Below, one piece after another: positions 42,801-56,109 of a DNA stretch of 64,000 bases. The notes beneath the pieces were generated by a model, which made no database searches, had not been told where the DNA came from, and saw only the letters and a program-made list of their open reading frames with translations. Both the position numbers and the translations under genes were made by a program. How positions within the stretch are numbered: the stretch's first letter is position 1; each line of letters opens with the position of its first letter. Source of the stretch: Neophaeotheca triangularis (lineage: Eukaryota); contig BAAIJX010000019.1 in assembly GCA_054600435.1 (NCBI GenBank), positions 1-64,000 on the forward strand. The letters are read 5' to 3'.

Positions 42801-45800
42801 CGAGCCGCCACTTGAGGACGCCAAAGCTGGATGGCTCGAAAACCTCCATGCGTGGCTCGCAATCGTCTGTAGCTTGCCGCGCATCCAAGCCTCGCGATTT
42901 GAGAACGCCCTCACTGTAGGATCCAATAATGCAGCGACGACATATTCTGAGCTTGCGCTCTTATGCATGGACAACCTCACCAGCCTGTATGAGCGCATAG
43001 AAGCCAAGTTGGATGAAGCACAACGCTACGTCGACGAATGGCTGCAATTCCAGTCTTTATGGGATCTGCAGCTGGAACAGATCCAGACCGACGTGGAGGA
43101 CGACTTGGACTTGTGGCTGCAGCTCATTCTTGAGATCCGCCAGAAGCGGGACACCTTCGACACTTCTGGCATGCGACGCTCTTTTGGCCACCTCATCATC
43201 AACTACGACCAGGTTCAAGCCAAGGTTAATGCTAAGTACGACCAGTGGCAGCACGATCTCCTAGGCCACTTCTCCGGGTTGTACGCCAATCGTATGGTTG
43301 ATGTCTACGCCGATTTGCAGCGAGCGAGAAAGGACCTCGAGGGTCAATCGCTGCAGACTTCCTCGACATCGCAAGCAGTCTCCTTCATCACTGTTGTGCA
43401 AACCTGCAAGCGAAGCGTCAAGGCGTGGGAGCCTGAGATCAACACTTTCCGGCAAGGTCAGCAGACGCTTTCGAGGCTGCGTTTTCAGTATCCCAAAGAC
43501 TGGCTTTATGTAGAGCAAGTCGACCACGAATGGACCGCTTTGCTTGAAGTGCTTGAGCGCAAAAGCAGGCTCATTGGGGACCAAACCGACGCTTTGCGTG
43601 CCAAGATTGTTGCAGAGGACGGTGTGGTTTCGAGGCGAATCGCAGAAATCACTGAGCGATGGAACGAGGAGAGACCAGTTTCAGGCGCGCTTCCACCGGC
43701 TGAGGCTGTCTCCACCCTTGATAGCTTTGATTCCGAGCTCAGTCAGCTCAAGGAGCAGTTCGACATGGTATCGAAGGCGAAGGAAGCTCTCGAGCTACCT
43801 GCCAGCCCCGACAATATGCTATCAACTATTGTTGAGGAAGTGCAGGACTTCAAATCAGTATGGGCCAATCTCAGCATCGTTTGGGATCAAATCAACGACT
43901 TGCGCGACCAGCCATGGAATAGCATACAGCCACGCAAGCTGCGGCAGTCAATTGACAACCTGCTCAAGACGACCAAAGATATGCCGGCACGCATGCGCCA
44001 GTACGCCGCTTTCGAGCACGTCCAGTCTGTGCTTCGCGGTCTGCTCAAGGTCAATCCGCTACTGACCGAGATGCGTTCTGATGCTGTGCGCGAGCGCCAC
44101 TGGCAGAAGATTTTCAAGGCGCTTAAGCCATCGAAGCGGTACTCTGCGATTTCGATGACGCTCGGCGATGTCTGGGATTTGCAATTGGGTCCGAGCGAGT
44201 CTGTCATTCGCGACGTAATCACGCAAGCGCAAGGCGAAATGGCTCTCGAGGAGTTTGTTCGCTCAGTACGCGAGCATTGGCAAAACTATACGCTCGACTT
44301 GGTCGACTACCAGAGGAAGTGCCGCCTCATCCGCGGATGGGACGATCTCTTCGCAAAATGCAGCGATCACCTCAACTCTCTGCAAGCAATGCGACACTCG
44401 CCTTACTACAAGGAGTTCGAAGAAGAGGCGTCAGCTTGGGAGGACAAGCTCAACAGAGTCCACATTCTCTTCGACGTCTGGATCGACGTGCAGCGCCAGT
44501 GGGTCTATCTTGAAGGCGTCTTCACCGGCAACGCAGACATCAAGCACCTCCTACCCATGGAATCATCGCGTTTCGCCAACATCAACAGCGAGTTCATGAA
44601 CGTGCTCAAGAAAGTCTATCGCTCGCCGCAGGTACTCGAAGTGCTCAACATTCCTGATGTGCAGCGATCCCTTGAGAGATTGGCAGACTTGCTCAACAAG
44701 ATCCAGAAAGCTCTTGGAGAGTACTTGGAGAAGGAGCGTGTGGCGTTCCCGCGCTTCTACTTTGTTGGTGACGAGGACTTGCTCGAGATTATCGGCAACA
44801 GCAACGATACTATACGCATTGCGAAGCATTTGCGGAAGATGTTTGCTGGTATCTCAGGGCTCGTAATGGACGAGGAGTCAACGATCTTGGGACTGAGTTC
44901 GAAGGAAGGGGAGCAGATGATGCTCAAGAGACCCATCAACTTAATCGAAACCCCCAAAATCAATGAATGGCTGCAAGCACTCGAGTCTACGATGAGAGAG
45001 ACTTTGGCCGATAACTTGACAGAGGCCATTTCTGTATTTGAGGGGTTGGTCGAAGGCGACGATGAAGCGTTTGAGAACTACATCAACAACTACCCAGCTC
45101 AGATAGTTGTCCTGGCAGCGCAGGCTTGCTGGACTGCAAGCGTTGAGGGAGCTCTTCAAAAAGACGGCGCCCCTCTGCAGACGCTATTTGATTTGCAGGT
45201 GAACAGGCTGAAATACCTCGCGGCTACAGTGCTGAAGGAGCTGGATTCTCTGCATCGCAGGAAGTGCGAGCACCTCATCACTGAATTCGTCCATCAGCGC
45301 GACATTATCGAGAAACTTATCAAGGGAGGCGCTGACTCACCCGGTCACTACCTTTGGCTGCTTCAGATGCGTTACGAGTTTCAGCCGAATGAATCGCCGC
45401 TGGACAGGATGCAAATCAGAGTTGCCAACGCCACGCTTGCCTATGGTTTCGAGTACCTCGGCGTCCCCGAGCGTCTCGTACGCACGCCCCTGACGGACCG
45501 CTGCTTCTTGACTTTAAGTCAAGCACTCGCACAACGCCTCGGTGGATCACCCTACGGTCCAGCCGGTACAGGAAAGACAGAATCCGTGAAAGCCCTCGGT
45601 ATCCAGCTAGGCCGCTTCACGCTCGTCTTCAACTGCGATGACACGTTCGACTTCCAGGCCATGGGTCGCATATTCCTCGGAATCTCGCAAGTGGGTGCCT
45701 GGGGCTGTTTCGACGAGTTCAACAGATTGGAGGAGCGTATCCTTTCCGCTGTCTCGCAGCAAATCCAGAACATCCAAGTCGGCCTTCGTAAGCGCGCCGC

Positions 45801-48800
45801 TGATCCCACAGCGCAAATCGACTTGATCGGCCGCCAGCTCAAGGTCCATCCGCTCACGGGCATGTTCATCACCATGAACCCTGGTTATGCTGGACGATCG
45901 AACTTGCCAGACAATTTGAAGAAGCTCTTCCGCAGCGTGGCCATGTCTAAACCCGACAAGGAGGTCATCTCTGAGGTTATGCTCTATTCGCAAGGCTTCG
46001 CTGAGGCGAAGTCTATTTCGAGACAAGCCGTGCCGTTCTTCGACAAGTGCAGCGCTGCTCTGTCCAAGCAGCCACATTACGACTTCGGTCTTCGTGCGCT
46101 GAAGAGTGTTCTAGTCAGCTCCGGCGGCCTCAAACGCCTGCGGCTTACGGGTAAAACGCCGGAGGCAGCCGAACCTGACTTCGAGCCCCAGATCATCGTG
46201 CAGAGCATTCGCGAAACCATCGCCCCTAAGCTCGTGAGAGATGATGTGGTACTCATGCAGCAGATTGAGGGCGAAGCTTTCCCTGGCGTGCAATATGTTC
46301 CTGCGCCCCTCGAGAAGCTGCGCGAGGCTCTCCAAGCTATCGTTGAAGAACGCAAGCTTGTGGCCACCGATGCTTGGCTTACCAAGGTCTTGCAGCTTTA
46401 TCAGATCCAGAGTTTGCACCATGGTGTTATGATGGTTGGAAGCTCAGGTACTGGGAAATCGACTGCCTGGCAGACATTACTGGCCGCTTTGCAGAGAGTG
46501 GATGGTGTCGAGGGCGTCTGCCATGTCATTGATCCTAAGGTCATGTCCAAGGAAAGCCTTTACGGCAGTCTCGATAGCACGACTCGTGAATGGACGGACG
46601 GACTCTTTACCAGCATCTTACGCAAGGTCGTCGATAACTTGCGCGGCGAAGACAGCAAGCGTCACTGGATTGTCTTCGACGGAGATGTTGACCCGGAATG
46701 GGTCGAGAACCTGAACAGTGTCTTGGACGACAACAAGTTGCTTACGCTGCCCAATGGTGAGCGACTCGGTCTTCCTCCCAATGTGCGCATCATGTTTGAG
46801 GTGGAAACTTTGAAATACGCCACACTGGCTACCGTCAGTCGATGCGGTATGGTGTGGTTCAGCGATGATACAGTGGAGCTGGGAGTTATGCTGGCCAGGA
46901 ACCTCGCGCAACTGAGGACGGCGACTTTTGAAGATCTCGAAGACAGCGCGAGCGCACCTGGAGCCCTCGAAGCTCGGCTTTCCCTGCAGTCTACGATGGC
47001 AGATGTTCTCGACCAGAAGCTCACCACCAACGACTTCTTGAAGAAGGCGTTAGCTGAAAGCAAGGATTTCAAGCACATCATGACGTTCACTGAGATTCGA
47101 GCCCTCAACACGCTGTTCACACTGCTCCGCAAAGCCTGCAGAAACATTTTGGAGTACAATGTGCAGCACTCCGACTTCCCGCTCAGTGAGGATCAGGTCG
47201 AAGCGTACCTGGCGAAGAAAGTTTTCCTAGCAGCCGTCTGGGCCTTCACTGGCGACTGTCCACTTACCGAGCGCAAAGCCTTCGGCGACTTCCTCGCCGG
47301 TCTAGCCACGATCGACTTGCCTCCCTTGACCGAACAGGCATCATTGATCGATTACGATGCCACTCTGCCCGACGCTGTGTGGTCGCCATGGCAGGCACAG
47401 GTACCCAGCATCGAAGTAAACACACACTCTGTCACCCGGACGGACCTCGTAATCCCGACTATCGACACTATCCGCCACGAGGACGTCCTCTACTCTTTCC
47501 TCGCTGAGCACAAGCCTCTCTTGCTGTGTGGTCCCCCAGGCTCGGGCAAAACCATGACCCTGTTCAGTGCCCTGCGCAAGCTGCCCAACATGGAGACCGT
47601 GGGCCTCAACTTCTCCAGCGCCACTACGCCAGACCTGCTTGTCAAGACGCTAGAGCAGTACTGCGACTACAAAAAGAGCGTCAGCGGCATCACTATGGCC
47701 CCCAAGCAAATCGGTCGCTGGCTCGTCGTCTTTTGCGACGAGATCAACTTGCCAGCACCCGACAAATACGGCACCCAGAGAGTCATATCTTTCATGCGTC
47801 AATTAGTCGAACATGGCGGCTTCTGGCGCGCGTCCAGCAAGCAGTGGGTCAGCCTCGACCGCATCCAATTTGTCGGGGCCTGCAATCCGCCTACCGATGC
47901 CGGCCGTACACCGTTGGGCCTTCGATTCTTGCGCCATGCGCCTCTCGTCATGGTTGACTACCCAGGAGAAGTCTCCCTAACGCAGATCTACGGTACCTTC
48001 AACAACGCCATACTGAAGATAATCCCGACGCTGCGTGGGTACTCGGATGCACTTACTCAAGCCATGATCCAGTTGTATACGGAATCTCAGCGACGCTTTA
48101 CGCCGGAAATCCAGCCGCACTACGTGTACTCGCCGCGTGAGCTGACACGATGGGTGCGAGCAATCTACGAATCCATTAAGCCGCTCGAGACTCTATCGTT
48201 GGAAGGCCTGGTGAGGATCTGGGCGCACGAGGCGCTCAGATTGTTCTCGGACAGGCTTGTGAGCGATGACGAGCGCAAGTGGACTGACGAAGCTGTCAAC
48301 CGCATCGCACTCGAGCACTTCCCGAACATTGACGAGGAAGCTGCATTGCACCGGCCCATCCTGTTTTCGAACTGGCTTTCCAAGAATTACGTCCCAGTCG
48401 AGCGCGGTCAGCTGCGTGACAGCGTCAAAGCCAGATTACGGACGTTCTGCGAAGAAGAGCTGGACGTACCTCTCGTCCTATTTAACGACGTCCTCGAACA
48501 CGTCCTGCGCATCGATCGTGTTTTCCGCCAGCCTCAAGGCCACTTGATCCTCATCGGTGTCAGCGGAAGCGGCAAGACTACGCTTTCGCGCTTTGTTGCT
48601 TGGATGAATGGTCTTTCTGTCTTCCAAATCAAGGTTCACGGCAGGTACTCCTCTGAAGACTTTGACGAGGACCTGCGCAATGTGCTGCGACGCTGCGGCT
48701 GCAAGGGCGAGAAGATTTGCTTCATCATGGACGAGTCCAACGTTCTTGACTCCGGCTTCTTGGAGCGCATGAATACTCTTTTGGCTAACGGGGAGGTTCC

Positions 48801-51800
48801 CGGTCTCTTCGAGGGCGACGAGTATGCTACCTTAATGACTGCTTGCAAGGAAGGCGCGCAGAGGCAGGGTCTGCTGCTCGACTCGCAGGAAGAGCTGTAC
48901 AAGTGGTTCACGCAGCAGATTGTCCGAAACTTGCACGTCGTCTTTACTATGAACCCGCCCCAAGGGGGTTTGGCGTCCAAGGCCGCTACCAGCCCAGCCC
49001 TGTTCAACAGATGCGTGCTCAACTGGTTTGGTGACTGGTCCGATCAGGCGCTCTACCAGGTTGGTTACGAACTCACGCAATCTGTCGACATTGAAAAGGG
49101 GAACTACAGCTGTCCCGATAGCCTGCCGATCGAGTTTGACCAGTTGGAACTGCCAATGTCGCATCGGGACGCCGTTGTCAACTCAATGGTCCATGTCCAT
49201 CACTCGTTGCGGTACTTCAACGATCGTCTCAAGCAGCAGCAAAACAAGTCCGCCTTCTTGACGCCGAGACAGTTCTTGGACTTTGTTGCTCAGTTTGTCA
49301 AGCTTTATAACGAGAAGCGAGACGATCTCGAGGATCAACAGAGACATCTCAATGTCGGTCTGGAGAAACTAAGAGAGACCGTCGACAAGGTCTCAGACTT
49401 GAAGAAGAGCTTGGCGGTCAAGAAATCTGAGCTGGAGGTGAAGGACGCAGAGGCAAGCGAGAAGCTGCAGCGAATGGTGGCAGATCAGCGCGAAGCCGAG
49501 CAGAGGCGAGCAGCTTCTCTCGAGATACAAACGGCTTTGGAAAAGCAAGAGAAGGAGGTGACGTCGAGGAAGGACATCGTGCTCAATGATCTCGCTCAGG
49601 CTGAGCCCGCTGTCGCGGAAGCTAAGCGAAGTGTCAACAACATCAAGAAGGCGCACATGTCCGAAGTGAGATCGATGCAAAACCCTCCAGCTAGCGTGAG
49701 ACTTACTCTCGAGGCTGTCTGCACGCTCCTTGGCCACAAGGTCACCGACTGGAAGAGCATCGTCGCGGTTGTTCGCCGGGAAGACTTCCTTGCGAGCGTC
49801 AGCGGGTACGACAACGAGAAACAAATGACGGCGGCCCTTCGCCAGAAGATGCAGCGAGAGTATTTGACCAACGAGGACTTCACTTTCGAAAGAGTCAAGC
49901 GAGCAAGCGTGGCGTGCGGTCCACTCGTGCAATGGGTGGAGGCGCAAGTAGACTACTCGGCGATCCTCGAACGCATAGGTCCACTCAGGGAGGAGGTTGG
50001 CCATCTCGAGGAAAACGCGCTTCAGACTAAGGCCGAAGCGAAAATGATCGAGAATACTCTGACCGAGCTCGAGCAGAGCATTGCCACTTACAAATCGGAG
50101 TATGCTACCTTGATCAGTCAAACGGAAGCCATCAAGGCCGAGATGACTCGCGTACAATCCAAGGTCGACCGCAGTATGCGTCTACTCGGCAGTCTGTCGT
50201 CAGAGCGCGGTCGATGGGAGGAGAGCAGTAAGACGTTCGAGATACAGATGGAGACCATTGTCGGCGATGTATTCTTGGCCGCCGCCTTCTTGGCTTATGG
50301 CGGTCTCTACGATCAACAGTATCGCCGAGCCATGCTGGAGGACTGGTCACAGCATCTGGCAGCTTCGGGAGTGCAATTCAAGGCGCAGAACCCAATGTCG
50401 GAATACCTTTCGACAGCCGACGAACGCCAGCAGTGGCACGAAAACGCTCTGCCTGTCGATGAGCTGTGCACCGAGAACGCCATCATGCTGAAGAGATACA
50501 ACCGATACCCGCTCATCATCGACCCATCCGGCCGTGTCACCGACTTCTTGCAGAATGAGAGTAAGGACCGCCGCTTGACCGTGACAAGCTTCCTTGACAG
50601 CTCCTTCGTAAAGCAGCTCGAAAGTGCTCTGCGTTTCGGCAACCCGATACTCATCCAAGACGCTGAGCACATTGACCCTATCCTGAATCACGTGCTCAAC
50701 AAGGAGTACCAAAAGACCGGGGGCCGTGTCTTGATCCAGCTCGGCAGACAAGAGATTGATTTCTCCCCAGCGTTCAGGCTTTACCTTTCAACCAAGGACC
50801 CTTCGGCGACTTTTGCTCCCGACATCTGCAGCCGTACCACCTTTGTCAACTTTACGGTAACGCAGAGCAGTTTGAAGACTCAGACACTCAACGAGGTCTT
50901 GAAGTCAGAGCGACCTGACGTTGACGAGCGCCGAGCCAACTTGGTCAAGATGCAGGGCGAATTCACCCATCGTCTACGCAGACTGGAGCGCATGCTCCTG
51001 CAAGCACTCAACGAATCCCGTGGCAACATTCTCGACGACGAGAATGTCATTCAAACGCTGGAGACTCTTAAAAACGAAGCGGCAGAGATTACAACCAAGG
51101 CTGCGGAGACTGAAGGCGTCATGGGCGAAGTCAACTCCATCATGGCAACTTTCGAAATCATCTCGCAGTCTTGCTCTGCCATCTTCGCCGTGCTGGAGCA
51201 GCTGTACCACGTCCACCACTTCTACCAGTTCTCCTTGCAATATTTTGTCGACATCTTCGAGCAAGTCCTTAGCGCTGCGAGAGACTCGCCAGAGCGTGAC
51301 TCAAAGAAGCGGGTCGATTCCATCCTTCGCAATTTGTTCGGCAAGACCTATCAAGAGACATCCGCATCTCTTCTGCAGCGTGATCGGTTGACCTTTGCTG
51401 TACTCCTTGCCCAGGCATCACCGTTTCTGCAAGACAAGAGCGTGCTCGACTTGCTGCTCGATCCTTCGCTCCCCGGCACAGATCTCCATGAGCATCCAGA
51501 GAACTTGGCCAGCGTGCACCAGATGGCTTCACAGTTGGCGCCACTCAAAGAGGCAGTGGCAGACATTGACTCGACTGAGTGGAATGACTTCTTGGCTGCG
51601 GAACAAGCTGAGCTCTGCTTGCCGGTAGCCGGTTCTGTAGGCCTGAGCGCAAACGCAAAGGCTCTCAGAGACCTCTTGGTCATCAAGCTATTCCGCATCG
51701 ACCGCCTTGTGCCTGCTACTGAACGCTTCGTGGCGACTGTCTTCGGCGACAGCATGCTCGATGTGAGCGAAGATCTCGGTCGTATTGTCAAGAATGTGAC

Positions 51801-52785
51801 GGCCAGCTCTCCGATCGCCCTTTGCGGGAGCCGAGGCTTCGACGCCAGTTACAAGGTCGATAGCCTGGTGGAGCGGACCCAGGCCAAGTGCACGAGCGTG
51901 GCGATGGGTTCCATGGAAGGAGTCGCAAGCGCCGACTCAGCGTTGGCCAGCGCCGCCGCCAACGGATCCTGGGTTATGGTCAAGAACGTCCATCTGGCAG
52001 TGGACTGGCTTCAAAATCTGGTCAAACGTATCGATTCGCTCAAACCTCACCAGGACTTCAGGCTCTTCCTGTCAATGGAGACCAGCCCAAAGATCCCATC
52101 GAGCCTACTACGTGCTTCGAGAGTGCTCATGTACGAGCAGCCAGCCGGCATTCGAGCCAACATGAGGGACTCCTTGTCATCGCTGCCAGAGAACGCGGTG
52201 CAGCAGCCGGTCGAAAAGGGTCGCATTCACTTCTTGCTCTCTTACCTCCACGCAGTCGTGCAAGAGCGTCTACGCTACGCCCCCCGTCTCGGCTGGTCAA
52301 GTTTCTGGGAGTTCAACGACGCCGACTACGAGTGCTGTGCATTCATCATCCAGTGGTGGACGGAGCGTGTCGCTCGTGGCCGCTCCAACGTGGCGCCTCG
52401 CAGCATTCCTTGGGACTTGTTGCGGGTTCTCATTGCGGAAATGTATGGCGGCAAAGTCGACGGAATGGCGGACTACGAGGAACTGCAGAGCCTGGTCAAC
52501 AAGACTGTAACCGCTGATGCGTTTGAGGAGGACTTCAATTTGATTGGCGAGGTTGCCAATGACAAGAGCATCGGCGTGCCATTGCCGAGCGGTACGGGGA
52601 GGAAGGATTTCCTCCAATGGGTCAAGGAGTTGCCGGAGCGTGAGCCCCCTACCTATCTTGGTCTGCCAGCAAATGCGGAAAAGCTATTGTTGGTTGCTCA
52701 TGCTGAGGAGATGGTAGGCAATCTGAAAAAGGTCATGAGCGTGCTCGACGAAGGCGAACATGTCATGGCGGATGCTGCTGAGTGA
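39829..52785 (+). CDS. DYN1: Cytoplasmic dynein heavy chain (nudA/ro-1 orthologue), single 4318-aa ORF
   Basis: Four P-loops ([32 protein letters not shown]), [33 protein letters not shown], stalk coiled coil and AAA5/6. Ends TGA TAG TGA. Confidence 0.99.
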   Translation: MEDPVVQGVNGVANGTPAAPASTSVDPQTVVQYLKSVLEVTLGATEEELTAPGSLLHTSSHSDTISRCQRFALESQSGLYVLKEDAPGQGLQGDANGSEIRATFSLNTEISYTPRTVGCVAFLKRPAPISTDTPLSRQVSVVNLPLSGLVGSTENAGASPYESLHALVRGALAPFFEAAARDTEPSDDKIRNGDAKTGITGTRKRLADLEMSLLHLQQNSEVPQLILQIHESVQMQLREADGDWQLAAGQIPEDVINDSPFLNKLQGMAIEWIRQIREFTKLTDERPVGTATQEKSFWLAMEAAIEGIEGQLAGPGVQLSMKVLEKAKRHSITASFQSDTGLKEAKEKVQRYNQLFNGFPIEEMLSATSAEKLRDSLDAVFNHLNRKLRICNYPIKRALPLVEAISADLDSRLHDLLHGRALMHLSYQDFQRVIGQVDEVWAFWDEQTKEFTNVARDVIRRRNNEKFMPIKFAKRHAKTQDRLDYIETFRTNHEQLQRTIINVLGPEDDAGEETARPVIIEEMGDVDAVEEIAEAYSVVKDVDVLDISPEGERLWAQAEAAYDERTARVENSIIARLRDRLAVAKTANEMFRVFSKFNALFVRPKIRGAIAEYQSQLINNVRDDIEALQHRFTHQYGHSESHAMAQLHDVPPISGAIIRARQIERQLNGYMSKVEDILGSKWAEHVEGQRLYQTGELFRRKLDTRPIYDDWLRDMQRKQLTISGRLFAISQNRAHGNQLELHVNFDSQVITLFKEVRNLLWLNFNVPHPISNVSKEARRVYPFAVSLMESLNTYHQINLAIENMADVSILLSNYRNVVQSLIAKGAPLRWDTFVLAYEVHVRHAPEDGSNRSSGDDKLHVQFVRDLGNSIVTLQSKVSSLNSIQASANTALQELQSCPFTFDGFRIPLEAVQRAVDQLNLESYANIAYWVSATDKKVIELLHGRLQQALKDWTEDFDHIVEDERPTSKDSSLPQIATFQHDIVMQNQTIQLEPPLEDAKAGWLENLHAWLAIVCSLPRIQASRFENALTVGSNNAATTYSELALLCMDNLTSLYERIEAKLDEAQRYVDEWLQFQSLWDLQLEQIQTDVEDDLDLWLQLILEIRQKRDTFDTSGMRRSFGHLIINYDQVQAKVNAKYDQWQHDLLGHFSGLYANRMVDVYADLQRARKDLEGQSLQTSSTSQAVSFITVVQTCKRSVKAWEPEINTFRQGQQTLSRLRFQYPKDWLYVEQVDHEWTALLEVLERKSRLIGDQTDALRAKIVAEDGVVSRRIAEITERWNEERPVSGALPPAEAVSTLDSFDSELSQLKEQFDMVSKAKEALELPASPDNMLSTIVEEVQDFKSVWANLSIVWDQINDLRDQPWNSIQPRKLRQSIDNLLKTTKDMPARMRQYAAFEHVQSVLRGLLKVNPLLTEMRSDAVRERHWQKIFKALKPSKRYSAISMTLGDVWDLQLGPSESVIRDVITQAQGEMALEEFVRSVREHWQNYTLDLVDYQRKCRLIRGWDDLFAKCSDHLNSLQAMRHSPYYKEFEEEASAWEDKLNRVHILFDVWIDVQRQWVYLEGVFTGNADIKHLLPMESSRFANINSEFMNVLKKVYRSPQVLEVLNIPDVQRSLERLADLLNKIQKALGEYLEKERVAFPRFYFVGDEDLLEIIGNSNDTIRIAKHLRKMFAGISGLVMDEESTILGLSSKEGEQMMLKRPINLIETPKINEWLQALESTMRETLADNLTEAISVFEGLVEGDDEAFENYINNYPAQIVVLAAQACWTASVEGALQKDGAPLQTLFDLQVNRLKYLAATVLKELDSLHRRKCEHLITEFVHQRDIIEKLIKGGADSPGHYLWLLQMRYEFQPNESPLDRMQIRVANATLAYGFEYLGVPERLVRTPLTDRCFLTLSQALAQRLGGSPYGPAGTGKTESVKALGIQLGRFTLVFNCDDTFDFQAMGRIFLGISQVGAWGCFDEFNRLEERILSAVSQQIQNIQVGLRKRAADPTAQIDLIGRQLKVHPLTGMFITMNPGYAGRSNLPDNLKKLFRSVAMSKPDKEVISEVMLYSQGFAEAKSISRQAVPFFDKCSAALSKQPHYDFGLRALKSVLVSSGGLKRLRLTGKTPEAAEPDFEPQIIVQSIRETIAPKLVRDDVVLMQQIEGEAFPGVQYVPAPLEKLREALQAIVEERKLVATDAWLTKVLQLYQIQSLHHGVMMVGSSGTGKSTAWQTLLAALQRVDGVEGVCHVIDPKVMSKESLYGSLDSTTREWTDGLFTSILRKVVDNLRGEDSKRHWIVFDGDVDPEWVENLNSVLDDNKLLTLPNGERLGLPPNVRIMFEVETLKYATLATVSRCGMVWFSDDTVELGVMLARNLAQLRTATFEDLEDSASAPGALEARLSLQSTMADVLDQKLTTNDFLKKALAESKDFKHIMTFTEIRALNTLFTLLRKACRNILEYNVQHSDFPLSEDQVEAYLAKKVFLAAVWAFTGDCPLTERKAFGDFLAGLATIDLPPLTEQASLIDYDATLPDAVWSPWQAQVPSIEVNTHSVTRTDLVIPTIDTIRHEDVLYSFLAEHKPLLLCGPPGSGKTMTLFSALRKLPNMETVGLNFSSATTPDLLVKTLEQYCDYKKSVSGITMAPKQIGRWLVVFCDEINLPAPDKYGTQRVISFMRQLVEHGGFWRASSKQWVSLDRIQFVGACNPPTDAGRTPLGLRFLRHAPLVMVDYPGEVSLTQIYGTFNNAILKIIPTLRGYSDALTQAMIQLYTESQRRFTPEIQPHYVYSPRELTRWVRAIYESIKPLETLSLEGLVRIWAHEALRLFSDRLVSDDERKWTDEAVNRIALEHFPNIDEEAALHRPILFSNWLSKNYVPVERGQLRDSVKARLRTFCEEELDVPLVLFNDVLEHVLRIDRVFRQPQGHLILIGVSGSGKTTLSRFVAWMNGLSVFQIKVHGRYSSEDFDEDLRNVLRRCGCKGEKICFIMDESNVLDSGFLERMNTLLANGEVPGLFEGDEYATLMTACKEGAQRQGLLLDSQEELYKWFTQQIVRNLHVVFTMNPPQGGLASKAATSPALFNRCVLNWFGDWSDQALYQVGYELTQSVDIEKGNYSCPDSLPIEFDQLELPMSHRDAVVNSMVHVHHSLRYFNDRLKQQQNKSAFLTPRQFLDFVAQFVKLYNEKRDDLEDQQRHLNVGLEKLRETVDKVSDLKKSLAVKKSELEVKDAEASEKLQRMVADQREAEQRRAASLEIQTALEKQEKEVTSRKDIVLNDLAQAEPAVAEAKRSVNNIKKAHMSEVRSMQNPPASVRLTLEAVCTLLGHKVTDWKSIVAVVRREDFLASVSGYDNEKQMTAALRQKMQREYLTNEDFTFERVKRASVACGPLVQWVEAQVDYSAILERIGPLREEVGHLEENALQTKAEAKMIENTLTELEQSIATYKSEYATLISQTEAIKAEMTRVQSKVDRSMRLLGSLSSERGRWEESSKTFEIQMETIVGDVFLAAAFLAYGGLYDQQYRRAMLEDWSQHLAASGVQFKAQNPMSEYLSTADERQQWHENALPVDELCTENAIMLKRYNRYPLIIDPSGRVTDFLQNESKDRRLTVTSFLDSSFVKQLESALRFGNPILIQDAEHIDPILNHVLNKEYQKTGGRVLIQLGRQEIDFSPAFRLYLSTKDPSATFAPDICSRTTFVNFTVTQSSLKTQTLNEVLKSERPDVDERRANLVKMQGEFTHRLRRLERMLLQALNESRGNILDDENVIQTLETLKNEAAEITTKAAETEGVMGEVNSIMATFEIISQSCSAIFAVLEQLYHVHHFYQFSLQYFVDIFEQVLSAARDSPERDSKKRVDSILRNLFGKTYQETSASLLQRDRLTFAVLLAQASPFLQDKSVLDLLLDPSLPGTDLHEHPENLASVHQMASQLAPLKEAVADIDSTEWNDFLAAEQAELCLPVAGSVGLSANAKALRDLLVIKLFRIDRLVPATERFVATVFGDSMLDVSEDLGRIVKNVTASSPIALCGSRGFDASYKVDSLVERTQAKCTSVAMGSMEGVASADSALASAAANGSWVMVKNVHLAVDWLQNLVKRIDSLKPHQDFRLFLSMETSPKIPSSLLRASRVLMYEQPAGIRANMRDSLSSLPENAVQQPVEKGRIHFLLSYLHAVVQERLRYAPRLGWSSFWEFNDADYECCAFIIQWWTERVARGRSNVAPRSIPWDLLRVLIAEMYGGKVDGMADYEELQSLVNKTVTADAFEEDFNLIGEVANDKSIGVPLPSGTGRKDFLQWVKELPEREPPTYLGLPANAEKLLLVAHAEEMVGNLKKVMSVLDEGEHVMADAAE

Positions 52786-53082
52786 TAGTGAATCCAAAGG
52801 ATGCGGTATTTCTTTTGCTAGACTGGGAGTTTCGCGGATCATTCGGGCAAGGAGGAAGTACGCGTAAGGCATGTATTGAAGCATCGGGTGCGCTTGCTAC
52901 AATATGAATGCATTGCTACAGGCGTTGGGGGAGAGCAAGCGTCTATACCCCATGTGCTTTGGGATGGATCAAAGAGCCGTGAGTGCTCTGGTGTAGCTAG
53001 GGGAGTAGTTTCACAGATTGTATTATTCCAGCATTTGCCTCCAGATCTTCCTCGCTCAGACTAATAATACCAATGGAAGGTA

Positions 53083-53136
53083 ACATCCCACTTTACATCC
53101 CACTTTAAATGGTCAACGGTCCTTTACATCCCACTT
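53083..53136 (+). repeat. Three copies of ACATCCCACTT upstream of the Nudix gene
   Basis: Copies at 53083-53093, 53095-53105 and 53126-53136. Confidence 0.85.
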
Positions 53137-53301
53137 GGCGAGCTTGATCCGTTTGCTGCGTATACTGAAAGCTCGGGCCAACCCTAAGATACTTCAGCTC
53201 TCACTCAGTTCTCACAGAGGTGGAGCAAACTCTCAATCACAAGCGATAATCTCTCAATAACACTCACATTGAAAGATAAAACAAACTACCAATCGAAGAC
53301 C

Positions 53302-54447
53302 ATGGAGAACTTCAACCTCCAACGCATGAAGGAGTTCATCTCCAACGAGCTGCCCACCAAAATGCCGCGATTCCCCTCTTACCACACATCCATGAACCCC
53401 GACGATGAAGAAACGACCGAACACAGGCGAGCTCAACGCGCTCAAGAGCGCAGCGAAACCCTCTACAATCTCCCTGAACCGCTCGAACCCAGCCCAGGCC
53501 CCAAAAGCAACCTCGACCTCGTCAACGAATGCGACAACTTCCCCTACTACCAAATCGACACCAAACTCTACATGGCCCACGTCAATACCTACTACGGCCT
53601 CTACGTCAAACAGTATCCGGAAACCGAGCTAGGATACGTTCTCCCCTCCGTCGCGGCGATTTTCAAGGGCCTGCCCGACTGGGACGTCGACGACGAGTCC
53701 CGGAGTCTGACGCTCGTCAAGGGTGAGACGGAGGCGGAGCGCAGCCACGCCATTGCCGCGACCACCCAAGCCATGCGCACGACCGAACACTTTCAGATTC
53801 TCAAGGGCTGGAGGGACGAGCTGTACCCCGTGTACGGTCCCAAGGGCGATTTGCTTTTCAGCATTGAGCGTGCGGCATCGGCGCTTTTTGGGGTCGTCAC
53901 TTATGGTGTACACATGTCGGCTTATACGCTTTCGCCCGAGGATGGGAGTATGAAGTTGTGGGTGCCGCGGAGGGCGGAGAGTAAGCAGACGTATGGTGGG
54001 ATGTTGGATAATACTGTTGCAGGTGGGATCGCGACCGGGGAGAGCCCGTTTGAGAGTCTGGTGCGAGAGGCTCAGGAGGAAGCTTCGTTGCCGGAGGAGC
54101 TGGTCAGAGGGAGTTCGAAGGCTGTGGGCACGGTCACATATTTCCATATTAGGGATAAGAGGGCTGGTGGGGAGACGAGGCTGTTGCAGCCCGAGGTGCA
54201 ATATGTGTATGATTTGGAGCTGCCGGGGGATGTTGAGCCCAAGCCCAGTGACGATGAGGTTGCTGGTTTTGAGCTGCTGGGTGTGGATGAGGTTAGGGAG
54301 GCTCTGAGGCAGGGTGAGTTTAAGCCAAACTGCTCGCTCGTATTGCTGGACTTTTTCGTCAGGCATGGGCTTCTTACTCCCGCGGATGAGGGATATATTG
54401 AGCTCGTTGCGAGGCTTCACAGGAGGCTGGAGTTCCCGACTGTGTAG
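53302..54447 (+). CDS. Nudix hydrolase, YJR142W / thiamine-pyrophosphokinase-related type
   Basis: Motifs GWRDELYPVYG, IERAASALFGVVTYGVH, LWVPRR...KQTYGGMLDNTVAGG, Nudix box GESPFESLVREAQEEASL and FKPNC. Several in-frame ATGs, so the start is uncertain. Confidence 0.9.
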   Translation: MENFNLQRMKEFISNELPTKMPRFPSYHTSMNPDDEETTEHRRAQRAQERSETLYNLPEPLEPSPGPKSNLDLVNECDNFPYYQIDTKLYMAHVNTYYGLYVKQYPETELGYVLPSVAAIFKGLPDWDVDDESRSLTLVKGETEAERSHAIAATTQAMRTTEHFQILKGWRDELYPVYGPKGDLLFSIERAASALFGVVTYGVHMSAYTLSPEDGSMKLWVPRRAESKQTYGGMLDNTVAGGIATGESPFESLVREAQEEASLPEELVRGSSKAVGTVTYFHIRDKRAGGETRLLQPEVQYVYDLELPGDVEPKPSDDEVAGFELLGVDEVREALRQGEFKPNCSLVLLDFFVRHGLLTPADEGYIELVARLHRRLEFPTV

Positions 54448-54621
54448 GACGTTTATGATGGTTTTGGTGCTCGTAGAGGAGCAACTCATAATGTGTTGAT
54501 AGTCATGCTATGATACCCGTTTGCGCCGCACAGATGCTTTGCTTGACTTGTCGTCGCCTTTTGCAACCCCCAACGCCTCGCTAATGACCCATTATCCACA
54601 CCCAACTCAAACTTTGTGCAC

Positions 54622-55112
54622 CTATCGCTTAAGCAACATGTAGATCTGATCGATCCTCAACGGACTCAGCCGCTTGTAGGGCCCCTCAAGCATCAACAGC
54701 AGCCCTCCAAACGAGACGTAAACCTTGCTATAAATCCAGCGATTAGCGACCCAACCCCCCATGACCAGACAGCACAGCGAAAAACTCACATATTCCCACC
54801 CTCGCCCTCCTCAAACCGATAAACCTTGCCATAACAAACATAATCCCACATATCCGCCAGCGTAGCCTCGTTGGCAACCGGTCTCCAACCTCGGCTGGGC
54901 TCCTCTTTCGCGCCGCTGAGGCTGAGAGTCGACGCCAGACACATGCTGACCGATTCGCCGGTGGAGACGGGGAAGAGCTCGGTGTTCAGGTCGAGTGACA
55001 GGGAAGTGAGCGAGTCCATGGAGGTGCCAAGGACGCGGGCGACACGCTCGTACTTGTCGTCGTGGATGGTCGTGATGGTGAAGGCGTCTTCGAAGAGTTG
55101 GGCGTCGGCCAT
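54622..55112 (-). CDS. RPB8: RNA polymerase I/II/III shared subunit RPABC3; intron 54789-54728
   Basis: [27 protein letters not shown] and [18 protein letters not shown]; spliced exon 2 reads [35 protein letters not shown]. Confidence 0.97.
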
Positions 55113-55461
55113 GGTTGCGGCTTGTTTGGGGATTGGCAGTCGATGTGAGGTCTAGAGACGTCTTCTGGGCGGTTTCAAAGGATTCAAGGTGATGTCTGGG
55201 TTTGTGTAGCTAATTGTTTTTGCAACTGCTCGTGAATTGAGAGCTTGTCGCGACTCGCAAACTGAACATTTTACGCCGAACTTTGGCCGAATTGCTTCAC
55301 TTGCATTTCTCGTGCCTTCCCGAAACAGCGACGACAATTCTGACATATTAGTACTATTTGAGCGCCAAGGCGCGTGTATTGTGCTCCGCATACTTCGAAC
55401 CATATATAAAAACAAAAGTCACTTTCGTATCCAGAGAAAACCCCCGAGTACACATCCAAAA

Positions 55462-56109
55462 ATGTTCGGCCTAATCATCTCAGGCAGACCAGTCAACGCC
55501 CAACCCGAAGCAATATCCCAGACCCAATATGCATTCAAGATCTCCCCAACTCCCCGTTTCAGCCACATCGTCCTCTTTATTCTTCCCGGCACTGAGCTCC
55601 CCACGGGGACCGCTGCCTCGGTCTGGGTCCAGCTATCTCCCAACCAGGATTTCCGCCCACTAGGCGGCATTGGCCCGGGCAAGGAATCGGCCATTTTCAA
55701 AGTCAGCGGCGTCAAACCGGGCGCCGTGCCGGCTAATGCCAACGGCGACACTGACGCCATGATGGACGATGATACCGCGGCCTCCGCTCCCACCGGCGAC
55801 GACATCGTCGTCGGCATCTCCATCGAGCCCGCGCAGCAGGTGGAATCGCAAATCGCCGGCTTGAAGACAGCGCAAGCGCAAACCGCGCCCTCGGCGGCTC
55901 TGGTGCGGCAGCAATCCAGCCCCGTTGCGAGTAAAGTCGCCACGGTGGTTTTGGCGCAGCGTATCATTGGCAACGCCTTTAACTTTTTGGCGAGTTTTGG
56001 GAGCGATACGATTCCACTTAAGGCTTTCCAGGCTTGGTGGGAGAAGTTTCAGCATAAGGTTGAGATGGACCCGAGTTTTTTGGAGAGGGAGGATGCGGCG
56101 GGTGGGTGA
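55462..56109 (+). CDS. OPI10: Hikeshi/OPI10 (DUF775) Hsp70 nuclear import carrier
   Basis: MFGLIISGRPV, FSHIVLFILPG, LGGIGPGKESAIFK, VGISIEP, LAQRIIGNAFNFLASF and IPLKAFQAWWEKFQ.K..MDPSFLE. Confidence 0.9.
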   Translation: MFGLIISGRPVNAQPEAISQTQYAFKISPTPRFSHIVLFILPGTELPTGTAASVWVQLSPNQDFRPLGGIGPGKESAIFKVSGVKPGAVPANANGDTDAMMDDDTAASAPTGDDIVVGISIEPAQQVESQIAGLKTAQAQTAPSAALVRQQSSPVASKVATVVLAQRIIGNAFNFLASFGSDTIPLKAFQAWWEKFQHKVEMDPSFLEREDAAGG

